Part shown: positions 32,580 through 41,089 of the stretch, one piece after another
Position numbering within the stretch: position 1 is the stretch's first letter
Layout: each line of letters opens with the position of its first letter
Assembly: GCA_963733835.1 (NCBI GenBank)
Contig: CAVTER010000004.1
Coordinates: 43,102 to 107,101 of the forward strand
DNA length: 64,000 nt
Source of the DNA: an uncultured Spirochaetota bacterium
GTDB taxonomy: Bacteria > Spirochaetota > Spirochaetia > SZUA-6 > Fen-1364
Direction: 5' to 3'
Notes under the pieces: generated by a model
Seen by the model: the letters and a program-made list of their open reading frames with translations, nothing else
Told to the model about the DNA's origin: nothing
The model's database searches: none
Program-made: the position numbers and the translations under genes

Positions 32580-32972
32580 CTACCGCTCCAGCTCCCGCAG
32601 GGACCGGACCAGCTCGGGGATTCCCACGCCGTACGCGCCGGCCTGTGCGACGAAGCTCCGCGTCAGCTCGGCGAGCACCTGCTCGCGCTGCACCTCCGAC
32701 ATTTCCACTTTCCTGTCGCTCACGAAGGTGCCGCTGCCCTGCTGCGTCGTGACGATGCCGCGGATCTCGAGCTGGCTGTACGCCTTGGCGACGGTGTTCG
32801 GGTTGATGCTCAGCTCGACGGCGAGGCTGCGCACCGTGGGCAGCCGGTCGCCCTGCGAGAGCCTGCCGTCGGCGATGGCCATTTCCACCTGCAGGATGAT
32901 CTGCTTGTACAGCGGCACGCCGTTGCGTGCATCGAGTGAGAACTTGAACTCCCTCCGGTCCAGCGCCGCCAT
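32580..32972 (-). CDS. GntR-family transcriptional regulator, short YtrA-like subtype
   Basis: MAALDRREFKFSLDARNGVPLYKQIILQVEMAIADGRLSQGDRLPTVRSLAVELSINPNTVAKAYSQL is a GntR HTH. The effector domain is short (about 60 aa), typical of YtrA-type regulators of ABC operons. It is the first gene of the operon. Confidence 0.75.
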   Translation of the reverse strand: MAALDRREFKFSLDARNGVPLYKQIILQVEMAIADGRLSQGDRLPTVRSLAVELSINPNTVAKAYSQLEIRGIVTTQQGSGTFVSDRKVEMSEVQREQVLAELTRSFVAQAGAYGVGIPELVRSLRELER

Positions 32973-33105
32973 GCAGGCTCCCTTCGGCTGACTATTGTAC
33001 CAATGTAATAATACAACAGGAGAATAGTACACTCGCCCGTGTGTGTCAAGCGGTATGACCGGATCCGCGATCGAAGTCGATCCCCGGATGGGCTATACTG
33101 TGGGA

Positions 33106-34068
33106 ATGAATCACAGGCTCCTCCCTGCCCTCGTCCTGGTGCTGGCCGCCGCCGGCCTCGCCGCCCAGCAGCAGGTGCGCGTCTCGACCGAGCGCCAGCT
33201 TCCTGCCGCGCTGCGCTCCAATACCACGGTGACACTGGCGGCCGGAAAGTACCTGACCAGCGAGGTGAGCCAGAGCTCGAACCCCGCCGTGAGCTGGGAG
33301 GAGAGCTTCGACGGCCGACAGCTCGTTGTCACGGGGGTGAGCGGGCTCACACTGAAGGCCGCGCAGGGGGCGGCACGGGGTGCCACGCTGCTCGCCGAGC
33401 CGCGCTACTCCTACACCATCGTGTTCCGCCGGTGCAGGGACCTGCGCCTGGAGGGGCTGACCCTCGGGCACACCGAGGCGGGTGAGTGCGAGGGAGGCGT
33501 GCTGCGGTTCGAGGGCTGCGCGAACGTGCAGATCCAGGACTGCGACATGTTCGGAAGCGGCGTGGTCGGACTGGACCTTGAGAAGTGCGCGGGTGTCACG
33601 GTGCTCGGCTCGACAATCCGCGACTGCAGCGCGGGGGCACTGTGGGCGGTGGGTGTGCAGGACCTGCGTCTCGAGAACGTGCGCATCGCCGGCAACGAGG
33701 GGTGGCCCCTGGTCTGGGTGGAAGAGTCGCGAAACCTCGTCTTCGATTCCTGCCTCATCGAGGAGAGCACGGGCGAGGGCCTCTTCTGGATCGACGGGAA
33801 ATCCCAGGGGGTTTCGCTTCCCCGCACGACGATCCGGAACAACCAGACGGAGAGTCTCCTGTCCGACGACAGCGCCGAGCCCGACTTTTCGAACACGGCC
33901 TTCCTCGAGAACGACTTCGAGCAGGAGGAGGCAGACGAGCTGGACTGCGACTGCGAGGACGGCTCCGACCAGGCCTACGAGGAGGGCTACGACGAGGGCT
34001 ACCAGGAGGGCTACGAGCTGGGGTACGAGGAAGGCTACACCGACGCCCTTTCCGAGGGAGGCGACTGA
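33106..34068 (+). CDS. Secreted right-handed parallel beta-helix repeat protein with an acidic C-terminal (E/D-G-Y) repeat tail
   Basis: A signal peptide (MNHRLLPALVLVLAAAGLAAQ) is followed by beta-helix-like repeats (LRFEGCANVQIQDC, VGLDLEKCAGVTVLGSTIRDC, LRLENVRIAGN). The tail reads DELDCDCEDGSDQAYEEGYDEGYQEGYELGYEEGYTDALSEGGD. Confidence 0.6.
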   Translation: MNHRLLPALVLVLAAAGLAAQQQVRVSTERQLPAALRSNTTVTLAAGKYLTSEVSQSSNPAVSWEESFDGRQLVVTGVSGLTLKAAQGAARGATLLAEPRYSYTIVFRRCRDLRLEGLTLGHTEAGECEGGVLRFEGCANVQIQDCDMFGSGVVGLDLEKCAGVTVLGSTIRDCSAGALWAVGVQDLRLENVRIAGNEGWPLVWVEESRNLVFDSCLIEESTGEGLFWIDGKSQGVSLPRTTIRNNQTESLLSDDSAEPDFSNTAFLENDFEQEEADELDCDCEDGSDQAYEEGYDEGYQEGYELGYEEGYTDALSEGGD

Positions 34069-34072
34069 GCGC

Positions 34073-35278
34073 TCAGGCCTTCTTCAGCATCTCCTCCAGC
34101 AGGAGGTGGCAGTACAGGAGCTGGCGCGGAATGTGGAACGGGCCCTTCCACATGTTGCCCTTCAGGTCGTGCGACACGGTGCCGTCCCTGTGCAGGTAGC
34201 CGAACCACTCGCCGTACTGCCTGGTCGGGGAACCTGTCCATCGACCACGACAGTATCTTCTCGAACCAGCGCTCCCACTTCGGGTCTCCGGTGAGGTCGT
34301 AGGCGAGCAGCGCCGCATAGATGGCCTCGTTGTGCGGCCAGAACAGCTTCATGTCCCACTCGTACTGCACGGGCTGCCTGCCCTCGATGTCGACGAAGTA
34401 GAGGATGCCGCCGTACTTCGGGTCCCACCCCAGGTCGAGCGACCACTCGAGGATGGGCAGCGCCTTGTCGACAAGGGCCCTGTCGTTCCTCTGCTTCCCC
34501 TCTGCCATGATGAACCACGCCGTCTCGATCGCGTGGCCCGGGTTCACGCACCGGCCCTCGGGAGAGTCGCCCAGGTACTCGCCGTTCGGCCCCACGGTTT
34601 CCAGGAGAGCCTTCTTCTCGGGCTTCACGAAGAGGCGGAAGACCTCGTCGATCTGCGTGTCGATCATCGCGTCGTAGGGGAGGGGCGAGGCGGTGGTGTC
34701 GGCCCGGCGCATCACCTGCAGCGTGTTGATCTGGATCATCGACATGGAGTGCCCGCGCATGGGCCTCGTCTCCTGGAAGACCTTCGGCTCGAGAGACCCG
34801 GGGCCGGCCATTTCTTCGCGGCGGTCTCCTGGACGAAGCGCATGAGCGACCTGGCCTTCTCGAGGGACCGTGCGTCGCCGGCAGCCCTGCCGTACTCGGC
34901 GAAGGCCATGATCGCGAAGATCTCGGCGAAGAGGTAGCGGCGCTTGCGCAGCGGCCTGCCGTCGCGCGTGACCGAGTAGAAGACCCTGCCGTCCGTGTCG
35001 AAGCCGTGCGCCAGGATGAAGTCGATCGCGTGCTTCGACAGGGCCAGCCACTCCTCGCGCTTTTCCAGGTCGTTGTACAGGCGCGCGAGGGTCCACCCGA
35101 TCCTTCCCTCGACCCACATCGGCTTGTCGGAGCAGAGGATCTCGCCCTTCCTGTCCAGGAACGTCGTGAATCCTCCGTGCTGCCGGTCGGTGGCATGGCT
35201 GATCCAGAACGGGATGACGTTGTCCACCAGCTCGCTGCGGAACATGTCGCTCAGCTGCTTCATGCGGCGCTTTGTCAT
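34073..35278 (-). CDS. N-acylglucosamine 2-epimerase (AGE) / cellobiose-2-epimerase-family protein, 2 frameshifts
   Basis: The fragments 34736..35299 (MTKRRMKQLSDMFRSELVDNVIPFWISHATDRQHGGF), a middle frame (...AIETAWFIMAEGKQRNDRALVDKA...ILYFVDIEGRQPVQYEWDMKLFWPHNEAIYA) and 34073..34318 (FGYLHRDGTVSHDLKGNMWKGPFHIPR) join into an AGE-family (alpha/alpha)6 barrel protein. Confidence 0.7.
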
Positions 35279-35410
35279 GGGACCCTCCCGAACAGGCATC
35301 GATCGTGGAACCAGGGACGTACGATCGTCGAATCGTACCGTACCCGATGCATCCTGTCAACGAAGCACGCGGAAAATGGGCCCATTCGGAGAAATCTTCA
35401 CAAAAGCCTT

Positions 35411-35439
35411 GACGCCGGTACCGGGCCATAGTAGAATCG
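35411..35439 (+). promoter_or_regulatory. Sigma70-like promoter of the sugar ABC operon
   Basis: TTGACG-17 nt-TAGAAT, with a 10-bp palindrome CCGGTACCGG inside the spacer. It lies 150 nt upstream of the SBP start. Confidence 0.45.
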
Positions 35440-35587
35440 GCCAAAAGTCAGCGCTCACCGCGCCATGGGAAGACAGCCGAGAGCGGAAGGAGGTGGTTTC
35501 GTGTTCGTCCGCCAGCCCCCTTGAAGTTCCCGCCCCTGCACCGTTTTCCTCCATATCCACGAAAAGAACATGAGAAGGAGTGAGTCA

Positions 35588-36853
35588 ATGAAGATGCGGA
35601 AGGTTCTGTGTGTTGCCCTGGTCCTCCTGCTTGCCGTGGCGAGCCTTGCGATGGCGCAGAAGTTCGCCGGCAAGAGCATCAGGGTGCTGTACTTCTCCGC
35701 GACCTACGCGGATGCGGCGAAGGAGTACGCGAAGGAGTTCCAGCAGAAGACCGGCGCAAAGGTCGAGGTCGTCGACTTCCCCTACGTGACGCTGTACGAG
35801 AAGATGGGCCTCGCCCTGTCGACGGGAGACGACTCCTACGACGTGGTCACCCCGGCCTGCCAGTGGGACGGGGAGTTCGAGCCGTTCATGGAGGACCTGG
35901 CGCCCCTCATCAAGAGGGACAAGTTCGACTCGGCGGACATCATCCCGAACCTGTGGGAGCAGTCGGGCAAGTGGAACGACAGGATCATGGGCATCCCGTT
36001 CTCCAACACGCCCCAGACCCTCGCCTACAGGACCGACCTGATAAAGAAGTTCCCCACCAACTGGGACGAGTTCTTCACCGTGTGCGCGAAGCTCAACAAC
36101 CCGGCCAAGGGCTTCTATGCCATCGCCATCCCCGGCGTGAAGGAGCAGCTGTCGGGCCTGTGGATGATGGTCCAGTGGTCGCTGGGCGGCAGGTGGGCAG
36201 ACGAGGACTGGAACCTGGCCATCGACTCGCTGGAGACGCGCAGGTCCCTCGAGGTCACCAAGAAGTGGTTCAGCTACGCCGACCCCGCGTCTCCCGCCTG
36301 GGGTCTCGGTGAATCCGACGCGGCGTTCCTCGCCGGCAACGCGGCCATCGCGTTCTCCTGGCCCACCCTGGGAATCGCCCCCAACGGCGACAACCCCGAG
36401 AAGTCGAAGGTCGTGGGCAAGTGGGCCATCGCGCCCATCCCCTATGCCAAGAACGGCGTGACGGTGCTCTCCTCGTGGGACATCGGCATCCCCAAGGCGG
36501 CGAAGAACAAGGACGTGGCCTGGGAGTGGATCAAGTTCTACACCAGCAAGGAGAAGCAGCTGTCGAACTTCACAAAGTACTCGATCCTGCCCTCGCGCAT
36601 CTCGGTGTGGCAGCTTCCCCAGGTGAAGAACAGCAAGCTGTACCCGCACTGGCAGGCCTCGCAGCAGGGCGCGGTGATCTGGTGGAGGATCCCCGCCGGC
36701 ACCATGGCCGAGACCTACGTGCGCGACGCTGTGTCCAACTACGTCACCGACCAGTGGGGCCTGAGCAAGGCAGTGTCGTTCATGGAGGACGGCCTGCAGA
36801 AGCTGCTCGAGGAGTACCCGCCCGCCCCGGGGGTCAAGAACACCGGCCGCTGA
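35588..36853 (+). CDS. ABC transporter extracellular solute-binding protein (family 1, sugar/oligosaccharide type) lipoprotein
   Basis: A signal peptide (MKMRKVLCVALVLLLAVASLAMAQ) and a family-1 SBP fold. A sigma70-like promoter (TTGACG-17-TAGAAT) and a GAAGGAG RBS lie upstream. Confidence 0.8.
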   Translation: MKMRKVLCVALVLLLAVASLAMAQKFAGKSIRVLYFSATYADAAKEYAKEFQQKTGAKVEVVDFPYVTLYEKMGLALSTGDDSYDVVTPACQWDGEFEPFMEDLAPLIKRDKFDSADIIPNLWEQSGKWNDRIMGIPFSNTPQTLAYRTDLIKKFPTNWDEFFTVCAKLNNPAKGFYAIAIPGVKEQLSGLWMMVQWSLGGRWADEDWNLAIDSLETRRSLEVTKKWFSYADPASPAWGLGESDAAFLAGNAAIAFSWPTLGIAPNGDNPEKSKVVGKWAIAPIPYAKNGVTVLSSWDIGIPKAAKNKDVAWEWIKFYTSKEKQLSNFTKYSILPSRISVWQLPQVKNSKLYPHWQASQQGAVIWWRIPAGTMAETYVRDAVSNYVTDQWGLSKAVSFMEDGLQKLLEEYPPAPGVKNTGR

Positions 36854-36926
36854 CCTGAGTGTCGTTCCGGAGGGCCCCCCGCGAACTTCCGTGGGGGCCC
36901 TCCTTCTTCCCGGGAGGATCCACGGC

Positions 36927-37829
36927 ATGCTCGTGACGAGAACACTCTACCAGAGCACCACCGACAGGCTGCTCTCCTGGCTTTTCGTGCTGCCCGTCAT
37001 CCTCATCCTGCTCGTGGCGGCGTTCATCCCGCTGGGGTGGGGCCTGTACTTGAGCTTCTTCCGCTACAAGCTCAACATGCCGTCTGTCACCGCCTTCATC
37101 GGGCTGAAGAACTACCTGAACATCTTCACCGACGAGCTGCTGATCCGCAGCCTGCGCAACAACGCCATCTTCGCGACGGTGTCCGTCCTCCTCGAGCTCG
37201 TCGTGGGGGTGGTCATCGCGATGATGCTCTCGAGCGACAGCCGCCTGTCGCGCGGAATGGTGAGCATCCTCATGGTGCCCATGATCATCGCCCCCGTGGC
37301 GGCAGGCACGCTGTGGCGCATGATGCTGGACCGCACCTACGGGGTGGTCAACTACCTGCTCTCGTTCGTGGGGATCAAGCCCCTCTCCTGGATCGGCGAT
37401 CCCAAGCTCGCCCTGTACACCGTGTCGCTGGTCGACGCGTGGCTGTACATCCCCTTCGTGGCGGTGCTCATGCTCTCCTCGATCAAGGCCATGCCGACCA
37501 GCTTCCTGGACGCGGCGCGCGTGGACGGCGCCTCGCCCTGGAAGGTGTTCTGGAAGATCATCCTGCCCATCACCTCGCCTGTCATCATCATCGTGGCCAT
37601 GCTGCGGTTCATCGACGCGTTCAAGGTGTTCGACACGATCTTCGTCATGACGCAGGGCGGCCCCGGCAACGCCACGGAGATGCTGCCCACCTACATCTAC
37701 CGCCAGGGCATCAAGTTCCTGAACATCGGCTACTCGTCGGCCACCGCCATCGTGTTCGTGGCGGCCATGTCGATCATCGCCTGGGTGTTCCAGAAGCTGC
37801 GCGACAGCCAGCTCGCGAGGCTGGGGTAG
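36927..37829 (+). CDS. Sugar ABC transporter permease (MalF/UgpA-like)
   Basis: Six TM helices and the EAA loop (AARVDGASPWKVFWKIILP). Confidence 0.8.
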   Translation: MLVTRTLYQSTTDRLLSWLFVLPVILILLVAAFIPLGWGLYLSFFRYKLNMPSVTAFIGLKNYLNIFTDELLIRSLRNNAIFATVSVLLELVVGVVIAMMLSSDSRLSRGMVSILMVPMIIAPVAAGTLWRMMLDRTYGVVNYLLSFVGIKPLSWIGDPKLALYTVSLVDAWLYIPFVAVLMLSSIKAMPTSFLDAARVDGASPWKVFWKIILPITSPVIIIVAMLRFIDAFKVFDTIFVMTQGGPGNATEMLPTYIYRQGIKFLNIGYSSATAIVFVAAMSIIAWVFQKLRDSQLARLG

Positions 37830-37833
37830 CGCC

Positions 37834-38712
37834 ATGCAGGAACGACGCGCGCGCTCGACACGCAGGACCCGCGACCAGCAGCTTGCGAACTTCCTGAGCC
37901 TTCCGGTGCGGATCGTGGTCCTGGTGGCGGTCATGGCCGCGATCCTCTTCCCGCTGTACTGGCTGGTCAGCAACTCGCTGAAGCAGGAGCAGGAGTACTA
38001 CCACAGCCCGCCCATCATGTTCCCCACGAAGGTCACGGGGGAGAATTACGTCGAGATCGTCGCGAAGCGGGGGCTGTTCGCGGGGCTGAAGAACTCGCTT
38101 CTCATCGCGGCCTTCACGACCCTCGCCACGGTGCTCTTCGGCAGCCTCGCCTCCTACTCGCTGGTGAACGGGATGCTGCCCCGCAGGGTGAAGAACGGTT
38201 TCGCATGGTGGTTCCTCATCCAGAAGATGTACCCCGCCATCGTCGTGGCGGTGCCCGTGTTCTACATAGTGCGAAGCCTCCGCCTGATGGACAGCGTGGC
38301 CTCGCTCGTGCTCATGAACACGAGCTTCAACCTGCCGCTGGTGATCCTGCTGATGGTGGGGTTCTTCCAGGAGGCTCCCTTCGAGGTGGAAGAGCAGAGC
38401 ATGCTGGACGGGGCAAACCTCGCGCAGCGCTTCTTCCACATCACCGCTCCCATGGTCAAGAGCGGCATGATCGCCACCGGTATGCTCACCTTCGTGGCGA
38501 GCTGGAACGAGTTCCTCTACGCCGTCATCCTCACCATCGTGAAGGCCAAGCCGCTGACGGTGCTCATCGCGGGGTTCATCACCGACAAGGCGCTGATCTG
38601 GGGTCCCATGGCCGCCATGGGCTGCGTGGTCATCGCGCCCGTCCTGGTGATCATGTGGCTGATGCAGCGCGATTTCATCAGCGGCGTGTCTGCCGGTGCG
38701 CTGAAGGGCTGA
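37834..38712 (+). CDS. Sugar ABC transporter permease (MalG/UgpE-like)
   Basis: Six TM helices and the EAA-like loop (EQSMLDGANLAQRFFHITAPM). Confidence 0.8.
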   Translation: MQERRARSTRRTRDQQLANFLSLPVRIVVLVAVMAAILFPLYWLVSNSLKQEQEYYHSPPIMFPTKVTGENYVEIVAKRGLFAGLKNSLLIAAFTTLATVLFGSLASYSLVNGMLPRRVKNGFAWWFLIQKMYPAIVVAVPVFYIVRSLRLMDSVASLVLMNTSFNLPLVILLMVGFFQEAPFEVEEQSMLDGANLAQRFFHITAPMVKSGMIATGMLTFVASWNEFLYAVILTIVKAKPLTVLIAGFITDKALIWGPMAAMGCVVIAPVLVIMWLMQRDFISGVSAGALKG

Positions 38713-38722
38713 GGACGGCGGC

Positions 38723-39922
38723 ATGGTCGACACGCGGCCCGGCATCCAGCGGGAGCGGATGAACGGGATCCTGCGCGCTCTCCTGGACGGCGGCAGGCTC
38801 ACGCGCGCGGGCCTCGCCGCGACGCTGCGGCTCAGCCCCTCCTCCATCGTGAAGTACGCGAAGGTGCTCATCGACAAGGGCCTCGTGCGCGAGGCGGACA
38901 GGGAGCTGTCCACGGGAGGCCGCAGGTCGACGCTCCTGGAGCTGAACGCCGAGGCGGGCCTGAGCGTCGCCGTCGTCTTCGAGGCGAGCGCCGTGCGGGG
39001 GGCCGTCGTGGACGCGGCCGGGCGCACCGTGTCGGAGGCGGCGGTGCCGGCAGGGCAGGGCATCGCGCGCGGGGAGCTGCTCGCGGCCATGGACAGCCTG
39101 CTGGAGGGGCTGCTCGCCGCCGCGCGCAAGGCGGTGCCCCGGGTGCTGGGCATCGGCATCGGCATCGGCGGGTACATGGACCCGGTCGATGGAGTCTCGC
39201 ACGAGTACCTGTACGCGAGTGACTGGTACGACGTGCCGCTGCGCAGGCTGGTGGAGGACCGCTGGGGCCTTCCCTGCTACCTCGTGAACGACGCCAACGC
39301 CTGCGCGCTGGGCGAGAAGCACCGCGGCATGGGCGTGGGGGTGCGCGACTTCCTGTGCGCCTGGATCGGCGAGGGCGTGGGCATGGGCATCGTTGCCAAC
39401 GGCGAGCTGTACACGGGCAGGAGCTGGTACGCCGGCGAGTTCGGGCACATGCACGCCGTGGACGGCGGACAGCTGTGCTACTGCGGCCACTCGGGGTGCC
39501 TGGAGACGGTCTGCTCGCAGGAGGCGATCCTGGCGGCGTGCCGCGAGGGCCTGCGCCAGGGGGTGGCGAGCGACATCCGCAAGCAGATCGCGGGGGACCC
39601 CGACTCGGTGGCCATCGCGCAGGTGGTCGACGCGGCGAACAACGGCGACAGGTTCGCGAGGAACGTCATGGTCCGGGCGGGCGACGCGCTGGGGGCGAGG
39701 CTGGCCGACGCGGCCAACCTCTTCAACCCCGAGATGATCATCCTGCGCGGCCCCGTGATCGACGCCAACGCGTTCCTCTTCGAGCGCATCAGCGGCGTGG
39801 TCACCCACGAGACGCTGCGTCCCACGGCACGGGCGCTGCGCCTGGCATACTCTCCCGAGCGCAGGGACATCCGGTTCGCGGGGGTCGCGAGCGCGATCCT
39901 CATGGACTACTTCGCGAGGTAG
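38723..39922 (+). CDS. ROK-family transcriptional regulator (NagC/XylR-like: N-terminal HTH plus sugar-kinase-like domain)
   Basis: An HTH (RAGLAATLRLSPSSIVKYAKVLIDKGLV), the ROK glycine motif GIGIGIGG and the zinc motif CYCGHSGCLE. Confidence 0.8.
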   Translation: MVDTRPGIQRERMNGILRALLDGGRLTRAGLAATLRLSPSSIVKYAKVLIDKGLVREADRELSTGGRRSTLLELNAEAGLSVAVVFEASAVRGAVVDAAGRTVSEAAVPAGQGIARGELLAAMDSLLEGLLAAARKAVPRVLGIGIGIGGYMDPVDGVSHEYLYASDWYDVPLRRLVEDRWGLPCYLVNDANACALGEKHRGMGVGVRDFLCAWIGEGVGMGIVANGELYTGRSWYAGEFGHMHAVDGGQLCYCGHSGCLETVCSQEAILAACREGLRQGVASDIRKQIAGDPDSVAIAQVVDAANNGDRFARNVMVRAGDALGARLADAANLFNPEMIILRGPVIDANAFLFERISGVVTHETLRPTARALRLAYSPERRDIRFAGVASAILMDYFAR

Positions 39923-39928
39923 GACGAG

Positions 39929-41029
39929 GTGACATCGAGAGAGAGAGTGGCGGCCGCCTTCGCGCACCGCGACCCCGACAGGACGCCCCTGTTCGAGTAC
40001 GTGCTCCTGCCGCCCGTGGCCGGGCAGGTGCTGGGACGACCGTTCATCGAGTACCTGGGCGGCATGGAGCCGTGGCTGGCGGCTGCCGCCGAGCAGGGCT
40101 TCGAGCGGCTCCTCGGCTCCTACGCGCGCGACAGGGTGGAGATCGCCCGGCGGCTGGGCCACGACATGATCTGCCTGAGCCCCAACCCCGTGCCCGGGGC
40201 CGCCTACTCCTACGACCCCCTGTCCGAGATCGGGGCGCAGTTCACCGTCGCGGCCGAGGGTGACCCCGTGCAGCGGCTGGTGGAGCGCAACCGCAGGGTG
40301 GCCGAGACCATGCTGGGCGAGCTGCCCCGGGACAGCTACCTCGTGTACGACCTCGTGCGCGAGGAGATGAGGCGGCACGGCATGGACCTGCCCATCCTCG
40401 CACCCGCGTACTACCACGGCATCTGGACCGACGCCGACCTGATGCAGGTCATGGTCCTGGAGCCCGAGGTGGCGCGCGAGCACTTCCGCCTGGCCACGCG
40501 CAGGGCCCTTGCCGCGATCGACGACTACACCCGCCTGGGAATCGACTGCATCGGGATCGGCGGCGACTTTGCCGGGGTGCGCCTGCTCATCTCCCCCGAG
40601 TCCTACCGCCGGTTCATCGTCCCGGAGGTGGCAGCGTGCGCCCGTCGGGTGCGCGCCGGAGGGGCCCGGTCGGTGAACGCCTCGGACGGGAACCTGTGGC
40701 CGGTGCTGGACGATTTCCTGGATGGGTGCGAGGTGGACGCGTACCTCGAGATCGACATGAGCGCGGGCATGGACCTGGCCCGGCTGAAGGCGGCCTGGGG
40801 CGGGCGCATCACCTTCTTCGGCAACATGGACTGCGGGAAGATCCTGAGCTTCTCGACCCCCGAGGAGATCCGCGCCGTGACACTGTCCATCCTCGATGCG
40901 GGGTGGGGCGGGGGCGGGCACATCTTCACGGCGAGCAACGCCATCACGGCGAGCGTGCCGCTGGCCAACTACCTCGCCATGGTGAACGCATACAGGGAAA
41001 GGTTCGCCCTCGGGCCGCTGAGCCTCTGA
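39929..41029 (+). CDS. Uroporphyrinogen-decarboxylase (URO-D)-family protein (methyltransferase MtaA/CmuA-like)
   Basis: A 366-aa intact ORF with a URO-D-like TIM barrel (RTPLFEYVL...DCIGIGGDFAG...FFGNMDC). Confidence 0.6.
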   Translation: MTSRERVAAAFAHRDPDRTPLFEYVLLPPVAGQVLGRPFIEYLGGMEPWLAAAAEQGFERLLGSYARDRVEIARRLGHDMICLSPNPVPGAAYSYDPLSEIGAQFTVAAEGDPVQRLVERNRRVAETMLGELPRDSYLVYDLVREEMRRHGMDLPILAPAYYHGIWTDADLMQVMVLEPEVAREHFRLATRRALAAIDDYTRLGIDCIGIGGDFAGVRLLISPESYRRFIVPEVAACARRVRAGGARSVNASDGNLWPVLDDFLDGCEVDAYLEIDMSAGMDLARLKAAWGGRITFFGNMDCGKILSFSTPEEIRAVTLSILDAGWGGGGHIFTASNAITASVPLANYLAMVNAYRERFALGPLSL

Positions 41030-41044
41030 GCCTTCCGAGCCGCA

Positions 41045-41072
41045 TGGTGGGCGTTTCCGCGGAAACGCCCAC
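41045..41072. terminator. Perfect 13-bp stem / 2-nt loop GC-rich hairpin between convergent genes (bidirectional terminator candidate)
   Basis: GGTGGGCGTTTCC-GC-GGAAACGCCCACC sits in the 60-bp gap between the two convergent URO-D-family genes. No U-tract follows. Confidence 0.5.
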
Positions 41073-41089
41073 CACGGCGACCCGGTCGA

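Noticed and set aside
38678-40921. 747-aa minus-strand ORF
   Set aside because: It is antisense to the intact ROK regulator and URO-D genes, with low-complexity composition and no motifs.
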